64,000 bases of DNA from Eledone cirrhosa (Eukaryota): contig OZ024740.1 of the NCBI GenBank assembly GCA_964016885.1, positions 337,962,001-338,026,000 of the forward strand, read 5' to 3'. Below the pieces are notes generated by a model. The model saw only the letters and a program-made list of their open reading frames with translations, had not been told where the DNA came from and made no database searches. Position numbers and translations under genes: made by a program. Within the stretch, counting starts at the first letter, position 1; each line of letters starts with the position of its first letter. Of the stretch, positions 1 to 13,409 are shown piece after piece.

Positions 1-108
1 CATCACCGTTTTACGTCCGTTCTTCCATGCTAACATGGGTTAGACGGGTTGTCCTGTTGTGGGCAGTGTCTGGTTGGCTGACCATGCCTTGCTCATACAG
101 GAACTGAT
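1..108 (-). mobile_element. RTE LINE 3' tail fragment (family A)
   Basis: Reverse complement of 1880-1985; near-identical to 13895-14002; abuts (TA)n. Confidence 0.75.
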
Positions 109-247
109 GTATATATACGTATATATGATACCAACTGGCCAGCAATGGTTTACTGAATACGCACGTGGTTTTCGCAAAACATTTTTTGCTTCCTTCCTCT
201 TCTTCTCACCCTTTACCTTTCCATTTCATCTTTTATTTCTCATTCTA

Positions 248-284
248 TCTTCTGATGAAGGACCAGTGTCTGAAACTTTCAGAC
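248..284 (+). ncRNA. Degenerate minimal type I hammerhead ribozyme in a Penelope-like pLTR fragment
   Basis: CTGATGA(252-258)-A-GGAC cagt GTCT-GAAA-ctt-TC; stem I weak. Confidence 0.5.
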
Positions 285-420
285 TCTTTTCCTACTATAT
301 CAAGCGTTAAACTAATATAATTCTACATTGTACTGTGTTTTCTTTGTTATTTCTATACACTTCCTTTTATCTGTTCGACAGAACCTTTCAACACAAATTA
401 TTTATGTGTGTGTATATATA

Positions 421-531
421 TATAAGTAGTAACACAACAGTTAGTTCACCATACCGAGAACAATTGTTTAACTTTAGCGGTGAAACAATTGTTCTTGGTA
501 TGGTGAACTAACTGTTGTGTTACTACTTATA
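421..531. repeat. Foldback inverted repeat, ~49-bp arms, 13-nt loop
   Basis: tataagtagtaacac...caattgttt pairs with aaacaattg...gtgttactacttata, one mismatch; (TA)n on both sides. Confidence 0.9.
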
Positions 532-1082
532 TATATATACACACAAATAATTTGCATGTGCAATCTCTACATGCACATAAATAAATAACGCATGTGCAAT
601 CTCTACACGCTTGAATATGTACTTCTTTCTCAATGCCCCTTTAATTATTAGACTGTTCTCTCTGTCGCATGTATTCCACTCTGTGCTTTTAATTTGAATT
701 ATTGTACAATTCTCGTATAATATATGTCGCATACATTACACCCTGTAAATACTAAACTGTTGTTCACAACATCAATATATATATGTATCTATATGATTGT
801 TCAGTTGAATAGGAGGTGAATTATATGTACAAACATTGATAATGCTCCGATGATTCCAAAATAAAGTTTGGAAGAAACATTTGTCAGCGATTAAATGATT
901 TGAACATAACTTTGATACTTGTGTAATTTATATTCCTGCTCTGTAAAACACCTGATGTTCTTACATTGAGCTATTTCTCTTACTGGTAATAAGGTAGTAA
1001 TAAATTACTGACCTTTCCTGTTTATAGTTATTTATAGTATAGTATATACATAACTATAAATAGTATCATTATTATTATATAT

Positions 1083-1113
<31 letters not shown>

Positions 1114-1119
1114 CGCACA

Positions 1120-1165
<46 letters not shown>

Positions 1166-1167
1166 TA

Positions 1168-2000
1168 TACCTAGGTGACCGAATTAGCAGCGGAGGTGGG
1201 TGTTCAGAAAGTACAATAACTAGGGTAAGAACGGGATGGAAGAAGTTCAGGGAACTACTGCCACTGCTAGCTGCAAAAGGCTTCTCCCTCAAAATGAAAG
1301 GCAGACTGTATGATGCGTGTATACAAACAGCAATGTTACATGGTGGTGAGACCTGGGTGCAGAAGGTGGAAGACTTACGTAGATTAGAAAGAAACGAAGC
1401 CTGCATGCTCCGATGGATGTGTAATAGTAATATACGCGAACGGCAAAGCATAAATGAATTGAGAGAGAGACTGAGCATAAGAGGAAACAAATGCTGTGTG
1501 CAGGAGAGGCGGTTGCGTTGGTCTGGACATGTGATGCTTATGAAGGATGACAGCTGCATAAAATGTGCAGAGTACTAGAAGTCAATGGAAACCGCGGAGT
1601 GGGGAGACCCAAGAAGACCTGGGATGAGGTGATAAAAACCGACCTTGCCCAATTACACATCTCAAAAGCGATGACACATGACTGTGACCTCTGGCATCAC
1701 GCAATAATGCAGAGTACTCGACCTCCTATGGGTACAAGCTGAAGCATATAGACAATATGCCCCCACACCCTCCCACTGCAAAGTGGTCGTGGAGGTGCCA
1801 CGGAAAAAAAGCACCCACCACTCACTGTAAATGAGGTTAGTGTTAGGAAGGGCATCCAACTGTAGAAATCAAGCCAAAATCAGTTCCTGTATGAGCAAGG
1901 CATGGTCAGCCGACCAGACACTGCCCACAACAGGACAACCCATCTAACCCATGCTAGCATGGAAGAATGGACGTAAAACGGTGATGATAATGATGATGAT
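1168..2000 (+). mobile_element. 5'-truncated RTE LINE (family A): ORF2 C-terminus, 3'UTR, (GAT)n tail
   Basis: YLGDRISSGGGC...KGRLYDACIQTAMLHGGETW...RRLRWSGHVM; ends in gatgat; (TA)n at both ends. Confidence 0.9.
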
Positions 2001-2086
2001 ATATATATATACATATATACACACATGTGCACATTATATATACATATATATATATATATATACAATATGCTGAAAAGGTAACACAC

Positions 2087-2820
2087 TAGAGAGAGATACA
2101 GTGCGCTATCAATAAAACAGGGAAAACCCACCAGCGTATGGAATCTATAACCTATGAAAGGCAGAGTATAGACATGATAATTAAAAATATAAATTAAAGC
2201 GTAAATAAATACCTCTATATCTATATAACACAGGTACAAATCCAAAGTGATCTGTTTCGCCAGTAAGTTGTTGACAGAAATGAAATAACCCAGGTTCCTC
2301 AGCGTGTGTAAGGCTATATATTTCAGACACCACTAAGAGAATTTTAAAGTGACCGTCCAGCTACACGTGGGAGAGAGAAGTCACAGTGTGCCTAGGGCAG
2401 TGAACCAGTGGCCTCTGACGGACGAGCTGCTAGAAAGGGCAGCCCAAAACCACTCAGAGAAGTGTGCTCAACCAAACAGAGAGAGAGGAAAGACTGTTAT
2501 AAGGAGTGAAATATAAACACGCCGTGACTTCACTTTCCCACGTGTAGCTGGACGATCGCTTTAAAAATTCTCTTAGTTTTGACTGAAATGTATAGCTATA
2601 CACACGCTGATGAACCTGGGTTATTTCATTTCTGTCAACAACTTACTGGCGAAACAGATCACTTTGGATTTTTACGTGTTATATAGTTATAGAGGTATTT
2701 ATTTACGCTTTAATTTATATTTTTAATTATCGTGTCTATACTCTGCCTTTCATAGGTTATAGATTCCATACACTGGTGGTTTTTCCCTGTTTTATTGATG
2801 GCGCACTGTATCTCTCTCTA
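2087..2820. repeat. Long foldback inverted repeat, ~300-bp arms, ~127-bp spacer
   Basis: 2087-2390 is the reverse complement of 2518-2820, roughly 90% identical by eye. Confidence 0.92.
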
Positions 2821-2851
2821 CGGTATTCCGTACTTCTCTGTACTGTTTCAG

Positions 2852-2915
2852 AAAGGAGGGATAAACATGCCAATCTATGTTTAGAAGCCCGAGCAATGCC
2901 GGGCCATTCTGCTAG
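2852..2915 (+). mobile_element. Helitron 3' terminus
   Basis: Hairpin gcccgagcaatgccgggc, then CTAG|T; same motif as 13155-13182. Confidence 0.75.
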
Positions 2916-2935
2916 TATATATATATATATATATA

Positions 2936-3370
2936 TTTAATACATTAACAGAGAAAGTTTTAAGCGATACTCTGACCAACTCCATCTCACCCAACAAACA
3001 TTAGGATATACCTAAGTATAATCCCAATTAAGTGTTTGGGGTGTTAACTAATCAGTATTCCGTGGATAGCTGGTTGTATTATTTTATATGAGACATAATT
3101 AAATAAATCTCTCTTTCCTTCCATACGATCGTTTCGTTATAAGATTTCTAGAATTTGGGATAAATAATGTCCAGGTTATGTAGAAACTTGTATATAATCC
3201 ATAGATATACACACAAGCGGGCCCTTGTAACTCATCAGTGGATGCTCATGCAATATCGATATAAAAAATTACTTCGATATTAATAATCAGTGATGGTCTC
3301 TGTCAGTGCTAGAAGGACAGCTAAGTTTGAAAAGCCAGTAGTCCTTCAAAAAGAAAATTCACACTGTCTC
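2936..3370 (-). mobile_element. Solo Penelope-like pLTR / retrozyme-like unit
   Basis: Bounded by (TA)n, carries a hammerhead; its left end recurs at 53311-53370. Confidence 0.6.
3120..3242 (-). ncRNA. Type I hammerhead ribozyme with long branched stem II
   Basis: UCCA-CUGAUGA-GUUACAAG...CUUAUAAC-GAAAC-GAUC-GUA-UGGA; all core nucleotides present. Confidence 0.8.
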
Positions 3371-4149
3371 CATATATATATATATATATGTGTGTGCGTG
3401 TACATACACAAACACACTATTGACCCTGTACTTAATCTGTCAAGTCTGGTTAAGAATAGATTAAAAATAGAAAGAGTTGGGAAGTTGAACCTAAAATGAA
3501 TACATAATGAAAGAAAATACCCCAAGGTGAAATAAAGTGATGTGATTCAAAGTAAAATGTTATGCCAGTAAATAAACATTGATTTGGCAGCCTGAATGAT
3601 GTAAAACAATGGGATATTGTGTAAGTGGAATTGTGAAGTGATCAAATGTAACATGAGTTCTTAAGAAAGATATTAACAAAATTCAACAAAGATGGTTGTG
3701 AAGTTTTACACAAATTTACTACCATAAAAATTCATTAACTAATCTTGAAAGATGCAGTGCAATAGCTTTATAAAACTATATCATGCTACTGAAAGAAAGA
3801 GAGAGAGAGGGGGAAGAGGTAGAGAGAGATCTGACCATACATTCAGAATTACTTGGTTCATCGTAGGCTACACATAAGTTCATTGTTCTAGAAACTTCAA
3901 GTCTAAGCTCTCCTGCCAGTTGTACTTCTCTGAGGAAATATCCTGCAGCAGATATTGCCACAGATTAAATCCTTTCACTCTACATCGATTCTCTTTACTT
4001 AACCTTAGGTCATTTAAAATCATCTTCATCTCATTTTTATGTTTAGTAATTTTTAGCACACACACACACATATATATATATATACATATTTATATATGTG
4101 TGTGTATAGATGTGAGTGTGTATGCATGCACATATATATATATATATCT

Positions 4150-4525
4150 ATCATCATCATCATCATCATCAACGTTTAACGTCCGTGTTCCACGCTTGCA
4201 TGGGTTTGGACGGGGGTAGTCCCACTTGAGGCAAGAGTGATTGTCTTGCTCGCATAGGACTGTCTGGCAGGTTTTCTACAGTTGGATGCCCTTCCTAACA
4301 CCAACCACATTTACAGTGTGGGTCTGCGAGGTTTTTACCGTGTTGCCTACACGGCCACATTACAGCGTGGACTGTGTGTTTTTTTGTCGTGTCACCTACA
4401 CGATCTCATTTGTTTCGGCCTGGATGGCGCGGCACCAACATAACTTTACATAGAACGGGGTGGTGTGGATGGGGTGGTGGTGGTGGGACGGGGTGTATTT
4501 TGTTAGAGATGCCTACTGGCTGTAG
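4150..4525 (-). mobile_element. RTE 3'UTR fragment (family C)
   Basis: Matches 14636-15120 and the reverse complement of 44345-44707; (CAT)n tail; between (TA)n tracts. Confidence 0.8.
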
Positions 4526-4613
<88 letters not shown>

Positions 4614-5069
4614 ATATCTTTTATCACATTTTTATTGAAAATCTTAATCACATATTTTTCACTGGACACAAAAACCATTTCCCAATCCATATCATTTTTA
4701 GAAATCTATCAGCCATCAATATATTCTTCACCCATCTTTATTCACCACTCTCATATAGCATATCATCCTTTTATGATTTCAATACATATCTCTGTTAAAA
4801 CCTTAAAATCAAACAATTTTCCATATATATTTTCAAATATTTAATTTTTTTAATATGAATTCTTTCATATATTTATATATATTTTTGCTTTACATAGATA
4901 TATATCATATATTTATAGACTCTTAAGTCCTCTAACAATGAAGTAAAAACACATTACATAACTAAATATGTTTTCACTCCCCATCCCTTCATAGCAACCA
5001 ATCAGCATCTTATTGGGATTCAGCATTACATTTAAACATTTTTTTCTTTTTTAGAAAAACTATATATAC

Positions 5070-5210
5070 TGAAGGTGGCAAATTAACAGAGTTGTTAGAA
5101 CATTAGGTGGAATGTTTTGCAGTATTCGTTTCCGCTCTGAGGTCAACTTTGCCTTTCATCCATTCAAGATCTATAAAAGAAAGTACCCGTCTAGTACTGG
5201 GGTCGAATCT
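5070..5210 (+). mobile_element. tRNA-derived SINE (degenerate)
   Basis: Core gtcaactttgcctttcatcc...aagtacc shared with 43105, 54435 and 62946 copies. Confidence 0.7.
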
Positions 5211-5427
5211 TTTCTATATCTCGTTCTCATTTCCTCTCTCTCACGTTCTATTCTTCTCAGGAAAAAATATGCTGTATTCAGGTCTGGAGAGGGATGGGCT
5301 CCGCCAGGTTTAAAAATGCCCTAGAAATGCTGTATGTCAATTATGCACCTCTATGACTTCTTCAGGAGTTACGGGACCATGCCATATATACTGGCAAATT
5401 AGCAGAGTCATTAGAATATCAGATAGA

Positions 5428-6081
5428 ATGCTTTGTGTTATTCAAACCAGTTCTCTATGCTTTGTGTTATTCAAACCAGCTCTCTATGCTTTGTGTTGTT
5501 CAAACCAGTTCTCTATGCTTTGTGTTATTCCAACCAGCTCTCTATGCTTTGTGTTGTTCAAACCAGCTCTCTATGCTTTGTGTTGTTCAAACCAGCTCTC
5601 TATGCTTTGTGTTATTCAAACCAGATCTCTAGGCTTTGTGTTATTCAAACCAGTTCTCTATGCTTTGTGTTATTCAAACCAGTTCTTTATGCTTTGTGTT
5701 ATTCAAACCAGTTCTCTGTGCTTTGTGTTATTCAAACCAGTTCTCTATGCTTTGTGTTATTCAAACCAGTTCTCTATGCTTTGTGTTATTCAAACCAGCT
5801 CTCTATGATTTGTGTTATTCAAACCAGCTCTCTATGCTTTGTCTTGTTCAAACCAGCTCTCTACGCTTTGTGTTATTCAAATCAGTTCTTTATTCTTTGT
5901 GTTATTTAAACAAGCTCTCTATGATTTGTGTTATTCAAACCAGCTCTCTATGATTTGTGTTATTCAAACCAGCTCTCTATGCTTTGTATTATTCAAACCA
6001 GCTTTCTATGCTTTGTGTTGTTCAAACCAGCTCTCTATGCTTTGTGTTGTTCAAACCAGCTCTCTATGCTTTGTGTTCAAA
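5428..6081. repeat. 29-bp minisatellite, ~22 copies, inside a SINE head
   Basis: Unit atgctttgtgttattcaaaccagctctct; the SINE resumes at gttcaaa...ggtcaactttgcc. Confidence 0.95.
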
Positions 6082-6441
6082 GCCTGGTGCGGTCAACTTT
6101 GCCTTTTATTCTTCCAATGTTGATAACAAATTACCACTCCAGTATTGGGGTCTAATCTTTCACTATATCTCTTTATCGCTTCCACTTTATCAGTCTCTCT
6201 CCGTCTCTCTCTTTCCTTCTCTGGGAGAAATTATTTGTTCTGATCTGGAGAGGGGATGAACTTTGCTTTAATTAAAATGTGCAAGATATGCTTTGTCACT
6301 ACAGTGTGCCTATGACTCCATCAGGAATTATGGGTCCATATTCACACATATATATACTGGCTGTACTTTAACATTGAGTGTTGTCTGAAAATTGGAAAAG
6401 TGAAATTCGAAGTAACAGTTTGTGGAATTTTCAGCTTATAA

Positions 6442-6479
<38 letters not shown>

Positions 6480-6959
6480 TGTGTGTGTGTAGAGAGAGAA
6501 GAAACTTGTAACTTTCTGATCAAATGTCTGTGCCTATTATCATCATCATACATCCATTTTCCCTGCTACCAAGGTTTGGACAGGTGCATTTCTCATGCTG
6601 TCAACACTATAAAATGTCTGCTGTCATAACTGAAAGGTCCTCTCTACCTTACATGTAGGGGATTTAATGGGTAAGAACAATAGGATGGGGAGGGTAGGAA
6701 GGATGATAAGTATGTCATTGGTAAGTGATAATAGGTGGATGACAAGTGTAATGTCATGAAAGTGTAATGTCAAGGGAAGTTGAGAATGACTGGGTAGAAG
6801 AAGAGTAAGAAAATATGTCATGGATGTATGAATTGTGATGAAATAAAATGTAGTGGAATTTGACAGGGTGATGTGAGGGAGAGAAGGGGTGATCTCAGAT
6901 AGTGTGGGCAGTACTGTGTGAATGCAAACAGTCACTAATGAGATATGGCTGATGTGTTA

Positions 6960-7590
6960 GGATTTAGAATGGATCTTTTGCCAGTTGTCTTTGCCTGTAA
7001 AATCTGTCCAGCGATTTTTTTCTTTAAATATTCTAACCACATCTCCATAGTACTGGACCTGTGACCTCTTAATGTGGAGAAATAGTAGTTCTACATGGAG
7101 CAATTCTCTGATCTTTGTGGTATACACCTTATCAAGTAACTTTACTTTAAAACTCTTTGAGGAAACCCACTTTTGATCACTTGTATTAGCAATCATAATC
7201 TATTGGTCATACCTCAGATTCATGACCATAGATAACAGTAGGCATGGATATAGATTTTCTGATAACCGTGTGCTGAAGCTAGCACATTATTGCATTAGCT
7301 CCAGCAATTCTTGCATTTAATTTAGCCTTCTGATTTCCATCGCATGAAAAACTTGCCCAAAGATATTTTAACTTCTCCACCTGTTTTAGTGTAACTCCAT
7401 TCACTGGCAGAGCACATTGTGCAAGCTTTCTCATGGCAATAAAAGTAAGTCTTTGCAGCACTTGGCAGCAAACCTACTCAGTGCATGTCGAAGATCACCT
7501 TCCAATGAGTTAAGTAGCATCATGTCATCAGCACATTGTAGTTATGCAACTACAACAGCTTCATCAGACACTATCTTGCATTTAAGAAGA
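6960..7590 (-). mobile_element. Degenerate RTE-like LINE RT remnant
   Basis: CADDMMLL...LRHALSRF...VNGVTLKQVEKLKYL...LNARIAGAN; frameshifted. Confidence 0.7.
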
Positions 7591-10229
7591 GATTACACAA
7601 GAATAATTATGCAAACAAAATTATAATGTTGTTGATATGATTTATTGATAGAACACGTCCATACTTATGGCATATGGAATTATTATACTCTGGCATATGG
7701 AATTATTCATCTTTTGTTTATCTAGCTTCTTTGTGGGTGTGGTTTCGGTATGCTGATTAGTTGAAGCTGCTATATTTGCATCTGTATCTGGAGGTTTTCA
7801 TGGTCATGCTACCTTTAAGTTGATTGATGGGTTTGTTGACAGCTATTTCCAGCTAGCTGTCAGCAGTTGCAATACACTTTTACTATGGGTTGTTGAGTCT
7901 GTTTATGGTAATGAATTCTTCTTTACAGCTAGTAATCTAATATATTTTTCTCATTTCTCAGTTTTAGATATTTTTGTCTCAATCTTGATATTCTCCTCTG
8001 GTGGTCCCATGTTGTGCTAGCTATGGAGTATTGTCATATGAGTGTATAAACTTGTGCTGATATCAGTAAATTAATGGTTCTATAGTATATTTAGTATTAT
8101 ATATATAGCACTAGGTAACATATATTTAAAATATCACAATTTTCAAATATATCAAAATATACTACAGTGAGGAATAACAGGAATAAAGATAGGAATAAAT
8201 AGGTGAATGGATAACAGGAATGAAAAGGAATAAAATCTGAATCTAAAACAGGAATATAACTACTTGAAAACCCTATATACTGGGAATAAAGTAGAGAGAG
8301 TTTATCAAGTATGAACAGCCATATTCTATTTAGGAATTACAAGTAAAAAGGAAATTTTCATATGTCAGAAACATATATTTTGACTATATATGTAGTGACC
8401 CATCATATTTGGGCAAATGTCAAGCATAAGGGGTCATGTCAAATGCGAGCTGATGCCATGAATTAATAGATGGGTAACTAATCTGTGCACTACCTCTTAA
8501 GAGCAGTCCAAAGCAAATCACAGTTGTCACTAAGTGTCCTTCATTGGCATGATGATGTAAGGAGGAAGATGAATGTATTTGCCAAGAAGTGGGATGAGTT
8601 TTGATTTTTTTAGATTGTAAAATTCTTTAAAGAAACATTTTTATTTTTTCAAAAAATGTTGAGCTTGGCATAAAATATCAAAACTCTGAGGCAAATATTT
8701 CATTGTAACATTGTAAACAAAACACACTAAACTTCTTCTCTTGTCTATTTGTGAGTAACTGTGAGGGCTGGAGATAAATGAGATATTTGGAGTCTATACA
8801 TTATGAGATTCAGATATGTCAGCATTACATCATTATCATTCTCATCATTTTTATGCCTACCTTTTCCATGCTGGCATGGGTTAGATGAAGCTTTATGAGT
8901 CAGGTGTTCCCTCGCTGGATGCCTTATTCTAATCATTGTATATACAGCTGACTTTCATCAAGCTGCTACATGATGTGTTATTTATGGGGGACATTAAAAT
9001 ATTACAGCTGGTTATTGGTCAGCCCAAAGCTATAATAAAACACACTTTCCCAAGGTATCTCATAGTAAGAGTGAACCAGAAATGATGGAATACGTAAACA
9101 AACTTTTTAACTTCACAGCTATGTCTGTACCTAACAAGCTCTAATAAATTAGATATGTAACAGTGATATACTGGAATTTGTTCAACTAACTGCATTCCTT
9201 TACTAAAATATTGGTTTCACATCACATTAACCCTTTTGGTATTAAACTACCTTAGACTGTTCTATAATACAAAACTGCTTATTTTAATGTGTTTTTATTT
9301 ATCTAAAATCTTTCAATCATAAAATGATTTGATAATAGGAAAATTAGTTACATTACTAAATCTTTTAAAATTCTTGATTATATTCAAAATTAATTGAAAA
9401 TCATGAAGCGTGTCTATCATATCCCATTTCCCTTCTTTTGAATGTAAAGTAAAAGTAGATTCTGCTGTTTTGTGTTTCTTACTATGCTCTAGTCTAGTTT
9501 TCACTCCTACATTTCTAACTTGCACTAAACCAGATTTCTCAAAATGCCCCTAACCACATATTACACAAATATAAACTGTACTGCTTATTTTACACATTTT
9601 ATTCACTATTTTTGCTGATATAGACCATCACTAGTTTTCTCAGATTCTAAATAGTTTTACTCTGCTATATAATAATCATAAATAAATTTAAAAACTCTAA
9701 AAGATCTCTAACAGACCTATATTTCACTGGACATTATATATTTTAACTACTTATGTCCAAGAAAATGCCATTTCCTGCTAAATATCAGAAAATACTTCAC
9801 CATGCCTCATTAATTTCAATGTCCTTAGTTAACAGTAAATTTGCTCACTAAAAGATTTCCTTTCAGGCTTCTGAAGTATGTGTTAGGACAACAAAACCAC
9901 TGCCATTCACCAAATAATATTGAAAACGATCATATTTGAATTGAAGCATAAAAAAACAATGTCTCCTCCATCACTATTTTCCTCCTCCTCATCGCCTTCT
10001 ATGATACAAAGCTGTTTATTTCAAAGTGTTTATATTTATCTAAAAGCTTCTATTATGAATTTTTGTAAGAACCTTTAAGTTTTGCTCCAAATATAAGGTT
10101 AATGAGGAAGTCAGATATTTTACTAAATCTTTTATTCTTGCTTATTTTCATATGACCTCATCGAGAATATAGTAACAAAAGAGTTAAGCAGAATTTAAAA
10201 CAGTCAACCACTTAAACTGCAGCATTTAA

Positions 10230-10448
10230 CCCTTTAGCATTACATTACTCTATATATACTATTATATTTTTGTGATAAAGGCTTTATCTTACATACTCAT
10301 CTCACATAATATTGAATCTATGAGTTTTTGATGTTATTTATTTTGAGAACAATACCTTAACATCAGTATGCATGGCCAGTTACAGCTGGTTTAACAGAAA
10401 GAGGTAAGATAATTCTGCCCGGATATGGCCAATTTAAATGTTAAAGGG
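10230..10448. mobile_element. piggyBac-like MITE
   Basis: TTAA|CCCTTTAGCATT...AATGTTAAAGGG|TTAA; second copy at 54122-54342. Confidence 0.8.
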
Positions 10449-12368
10449 TTAAGATAGTCACTGAAATCTTCCATGTACGAGCAAATGGGTCAGCCTCTAC
10501 ATGGTTATTGAACCTGTTAGAAATAGCAGCCAAAGCCAAATTTTCCTCAAATGATAACCTATTGTGTTAAAACAGATAGTCAAAGATATACTTTTGACAG
10601 AATAATCACAACTGGAAAGTTTTTCACTATAAATGTGCTCAATCAGGGTTGAAGTAGACAACAATGAGAACCACTGAAATATGCCATTATCTCCATGGTT
10701 CAAGGTTAACTACAGTTCAGGTAGAAAAATAATTGACATCTGAGAAACAATAGGATTTGTTGAAACTAATAAATAGTAAAACACACCCACTGTTTGGTTT
10801 GATTTTCGATTAAGTATATTTTTATATTTCTATAAATAATTTAGCTGCCAATCAATGTTTATCACTGACCAACAGTTAAAAATATAAATATAAATATAGT
10901 TTCTCAAATATAACAATATCTGATTCAACACACAATTTCATATCAAAAACCTTGCAAAACAAATACATTGCCTCAAAAGATTTCCAGTTGAGCTATATTT
11001 TCCATAATCAAAACCCTCTTCATACTACAGCCATTAGGTTGTGTCCCTGAGGAAGGCACCCAACTCTACTTGCTCCTATTTACCTGACTTAGTTTACTGA
11101 TATGATGAGCATCCAACTGTAAAAGCAATGGCTCTGGTTAAAAAACATTAAACTTTGGCAAATATTCAAAGATTGTAAAATAGAAGAAAATTCAAGTGTT
11201 TTTTTATTATTCTTCAGGACAGGTGAGAGGGAAAAGCTAACTTCAACTTGCTATTAGTTTTAAAGTTTTTACTGTTTTGTCAGAGAGAGATGGGTAGTAT
11301 TCATAACCTTTTTAGTGCCTCTGGTACTTATGGAAGGGGAAAAGGAAGGCGTCCTTTAACTGAAGATTGGGCCTAAATGCTTGCAGCTGAGTGGGCTTTT
11401 ATAAAGGCATATAGGGGCCAAGTGCTGGTGCTAAAACAGATGGTAGAAAACAGCAGGTTTTGAACTCAGAACACAAAGAGTTGGAGAAATACTGCAATGC
11501 ATTTTATCTGATGTGCTGATGATTCTGTCTGTCCACTACCTCAGACAGGTATCTTATTTCTCAACCTCAAAGAGATGAAAAGCCAAGTTAACTGTATTAG
11601 ATTTCAAACTCAAAATTCAAGGAGCCAAAATAAATGCTTCAAAACATTTTGTCTGATGAACTAATAATACTTCTGCGGTATGGTATATGAAGACTTGTAG
11701 AGTAAAACCAAAGTTTTTCTTTTATATTAATCAGGATATGACGAAGGCGTTACAAGTAAGTGATGCCAACCATCACAGACAACCAATACAGAATATTTCA
11801 AAATAAAAAAATAAATAAAATATATCCACAAGTATACAAAAATGTCTTTTGGTACCCCGCATATACACTTTCGACAAATCTATGTATTGGCTTCACCCGA
11901 AATACAAAACAATCTTTTTTTTCTTTTGCTTTTTTTTAATATTCTCAAGTTTTTAGAAATTTGTGAAGATATCTAATTTTACTGTTATAGTCAAGCAAAA
12001 TATCACTGATATTAAATTAGTAGTTTTAGAAATTTTCATAAAAATTTTGATAAAATCAGACAAGCAGTTCCGTTAATGCTTAATAAACCAACAACCTATA
12101 TACAGCCGACATATTTCATGTTTTCAAGAAGTTGTTGTTTTCTTTCTACTGTTTTATATACATTTTTCTTACTATCATAGCAATATAGGTTATGTAATTT
12201 TGGACATTTCTATGTTGTTAGAGCAATTGTTTTGACAAATAGCTATCACTTACCTGCCTCTAACCATTTGGATGTGAAACAGAAGTGGTATGTGTCAGCA
12301 TACTGAGTTCAGAAAAGCAAGTTATTATTTTTTTTACCTAAGCAGAGCAATACTATTACAACCTAAAG

Positions 12369-13409
12369 CAGAGGCTCTCAAACTTTTTGGACCACTGCCC
12401 CCCTCACAGCCACATAATACCCTTATCGTGCCAACCCTATTTACAGAGAGATTTGCTTATACACACAAATTGTAAATAATCTATATATATAAAACTGAGG
12501 TTGTCTGTCTGTCTACTAAAACCTTCGGCACACATCTCCTCTTAAACCGTACGTTCAAATTTCGGTGAAATTGCTACACTTATAGATGAAGGTCCGGCGG
12601 AACCATCGGTCAAATAAATTTTCAAATAAGTTCTTGTTTTTGATTATGTCATCTATCTATATATATAAAGCTGTGGTTGTCTGTCTGTCTATCGATTTTT
12701 GGCACACATCTCCTCTTAGAATCTCTGACGGAATTGCACTGAAATTGCTATACTTGTACATTGAGCCCTAGCGAAGACATCGGAAAAAAAATATTTCAAA
12801 TTGACCCACCCTATGTGACGAAATCGAATCGAATGTATCGATTTTTGAGCGTAAGTGACGAGTTATTTCCCTTTGTTCTGTTTACATTGAGCGTCTTACG
12901 TTGTTTTTCTCTGCGTTGCAGTGTTTACATTTTTGATCTTTGTTAATAAATAACCAGTGCAGTTTTTATCCCCAGCATCCTCTTTTGTTATAACATTCGA
13001 GTTATCGTTATGTTTTCTTAACTTCATAAGGCATATTGTTGGTTGAGGGAATATTAATCAAAAACACCACATGCAAGTCTGCACAGTAGACACTACAGTT
13101 TTTAAGCCAAAAAAGAAACTTAACATTGTAACTTTAACACAGCTACTGAGCGACCCCGAGCAACGCCGGGCTTTACTGCTAGTAATAAATAAAATCATTA
13201 ATTTATATATAATAAATAATATAATATATACTATGTATAAATAAATATTATATATTTTTTATTTTACTATATTTGTATATAATATGTATCAATTGATATT
13301 TAATATACTATTACATCATTTCCACTGCCTCCCCTCCCCATCGCCCTCTCTGGACCTTATTAACGCCCCCCCCCCCTGGGGGAAGTAGTGTCCACTTTGA
13401 GAACCTCTG
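12369..13409. mobile_element. Non-autonomous hAT (Charlie-like) element with nested Helitron
   Basis: TIRs cagaggctctcaaa / tttgagaacctctg; exact 8-bp TSD acctaaag at 12361-12368 and 13410-13417. Confidence 0.88.
12480..13182 (+). mobile_element. Non-autonomous Helitron with two tandem 5' ends
   Basis: A|TCTATATATATAAAA start, second TCTATATATATAAAG at 12656, 3' hairpin cccgagcaacgccggg then CTAG|T, no TSD. Confidence 0.85.

Noticed and set aside
5353-6259. Cys-rich repetitive ORFs / CRISPR-like array
   Set aside because: Translations of a 29-bp tandem repeat; no unique spacers, no cas genes, eukaryotic context
7680-8060. Additional LINE RT remnant
   Set aside because: Only faint motif traces (YRTINLL); too decayed to call
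12250-12305. Minus-strand exon with GTAAGT donor
   Set aside because: Short, lies in repeat-like DNA, no supporting phase chain
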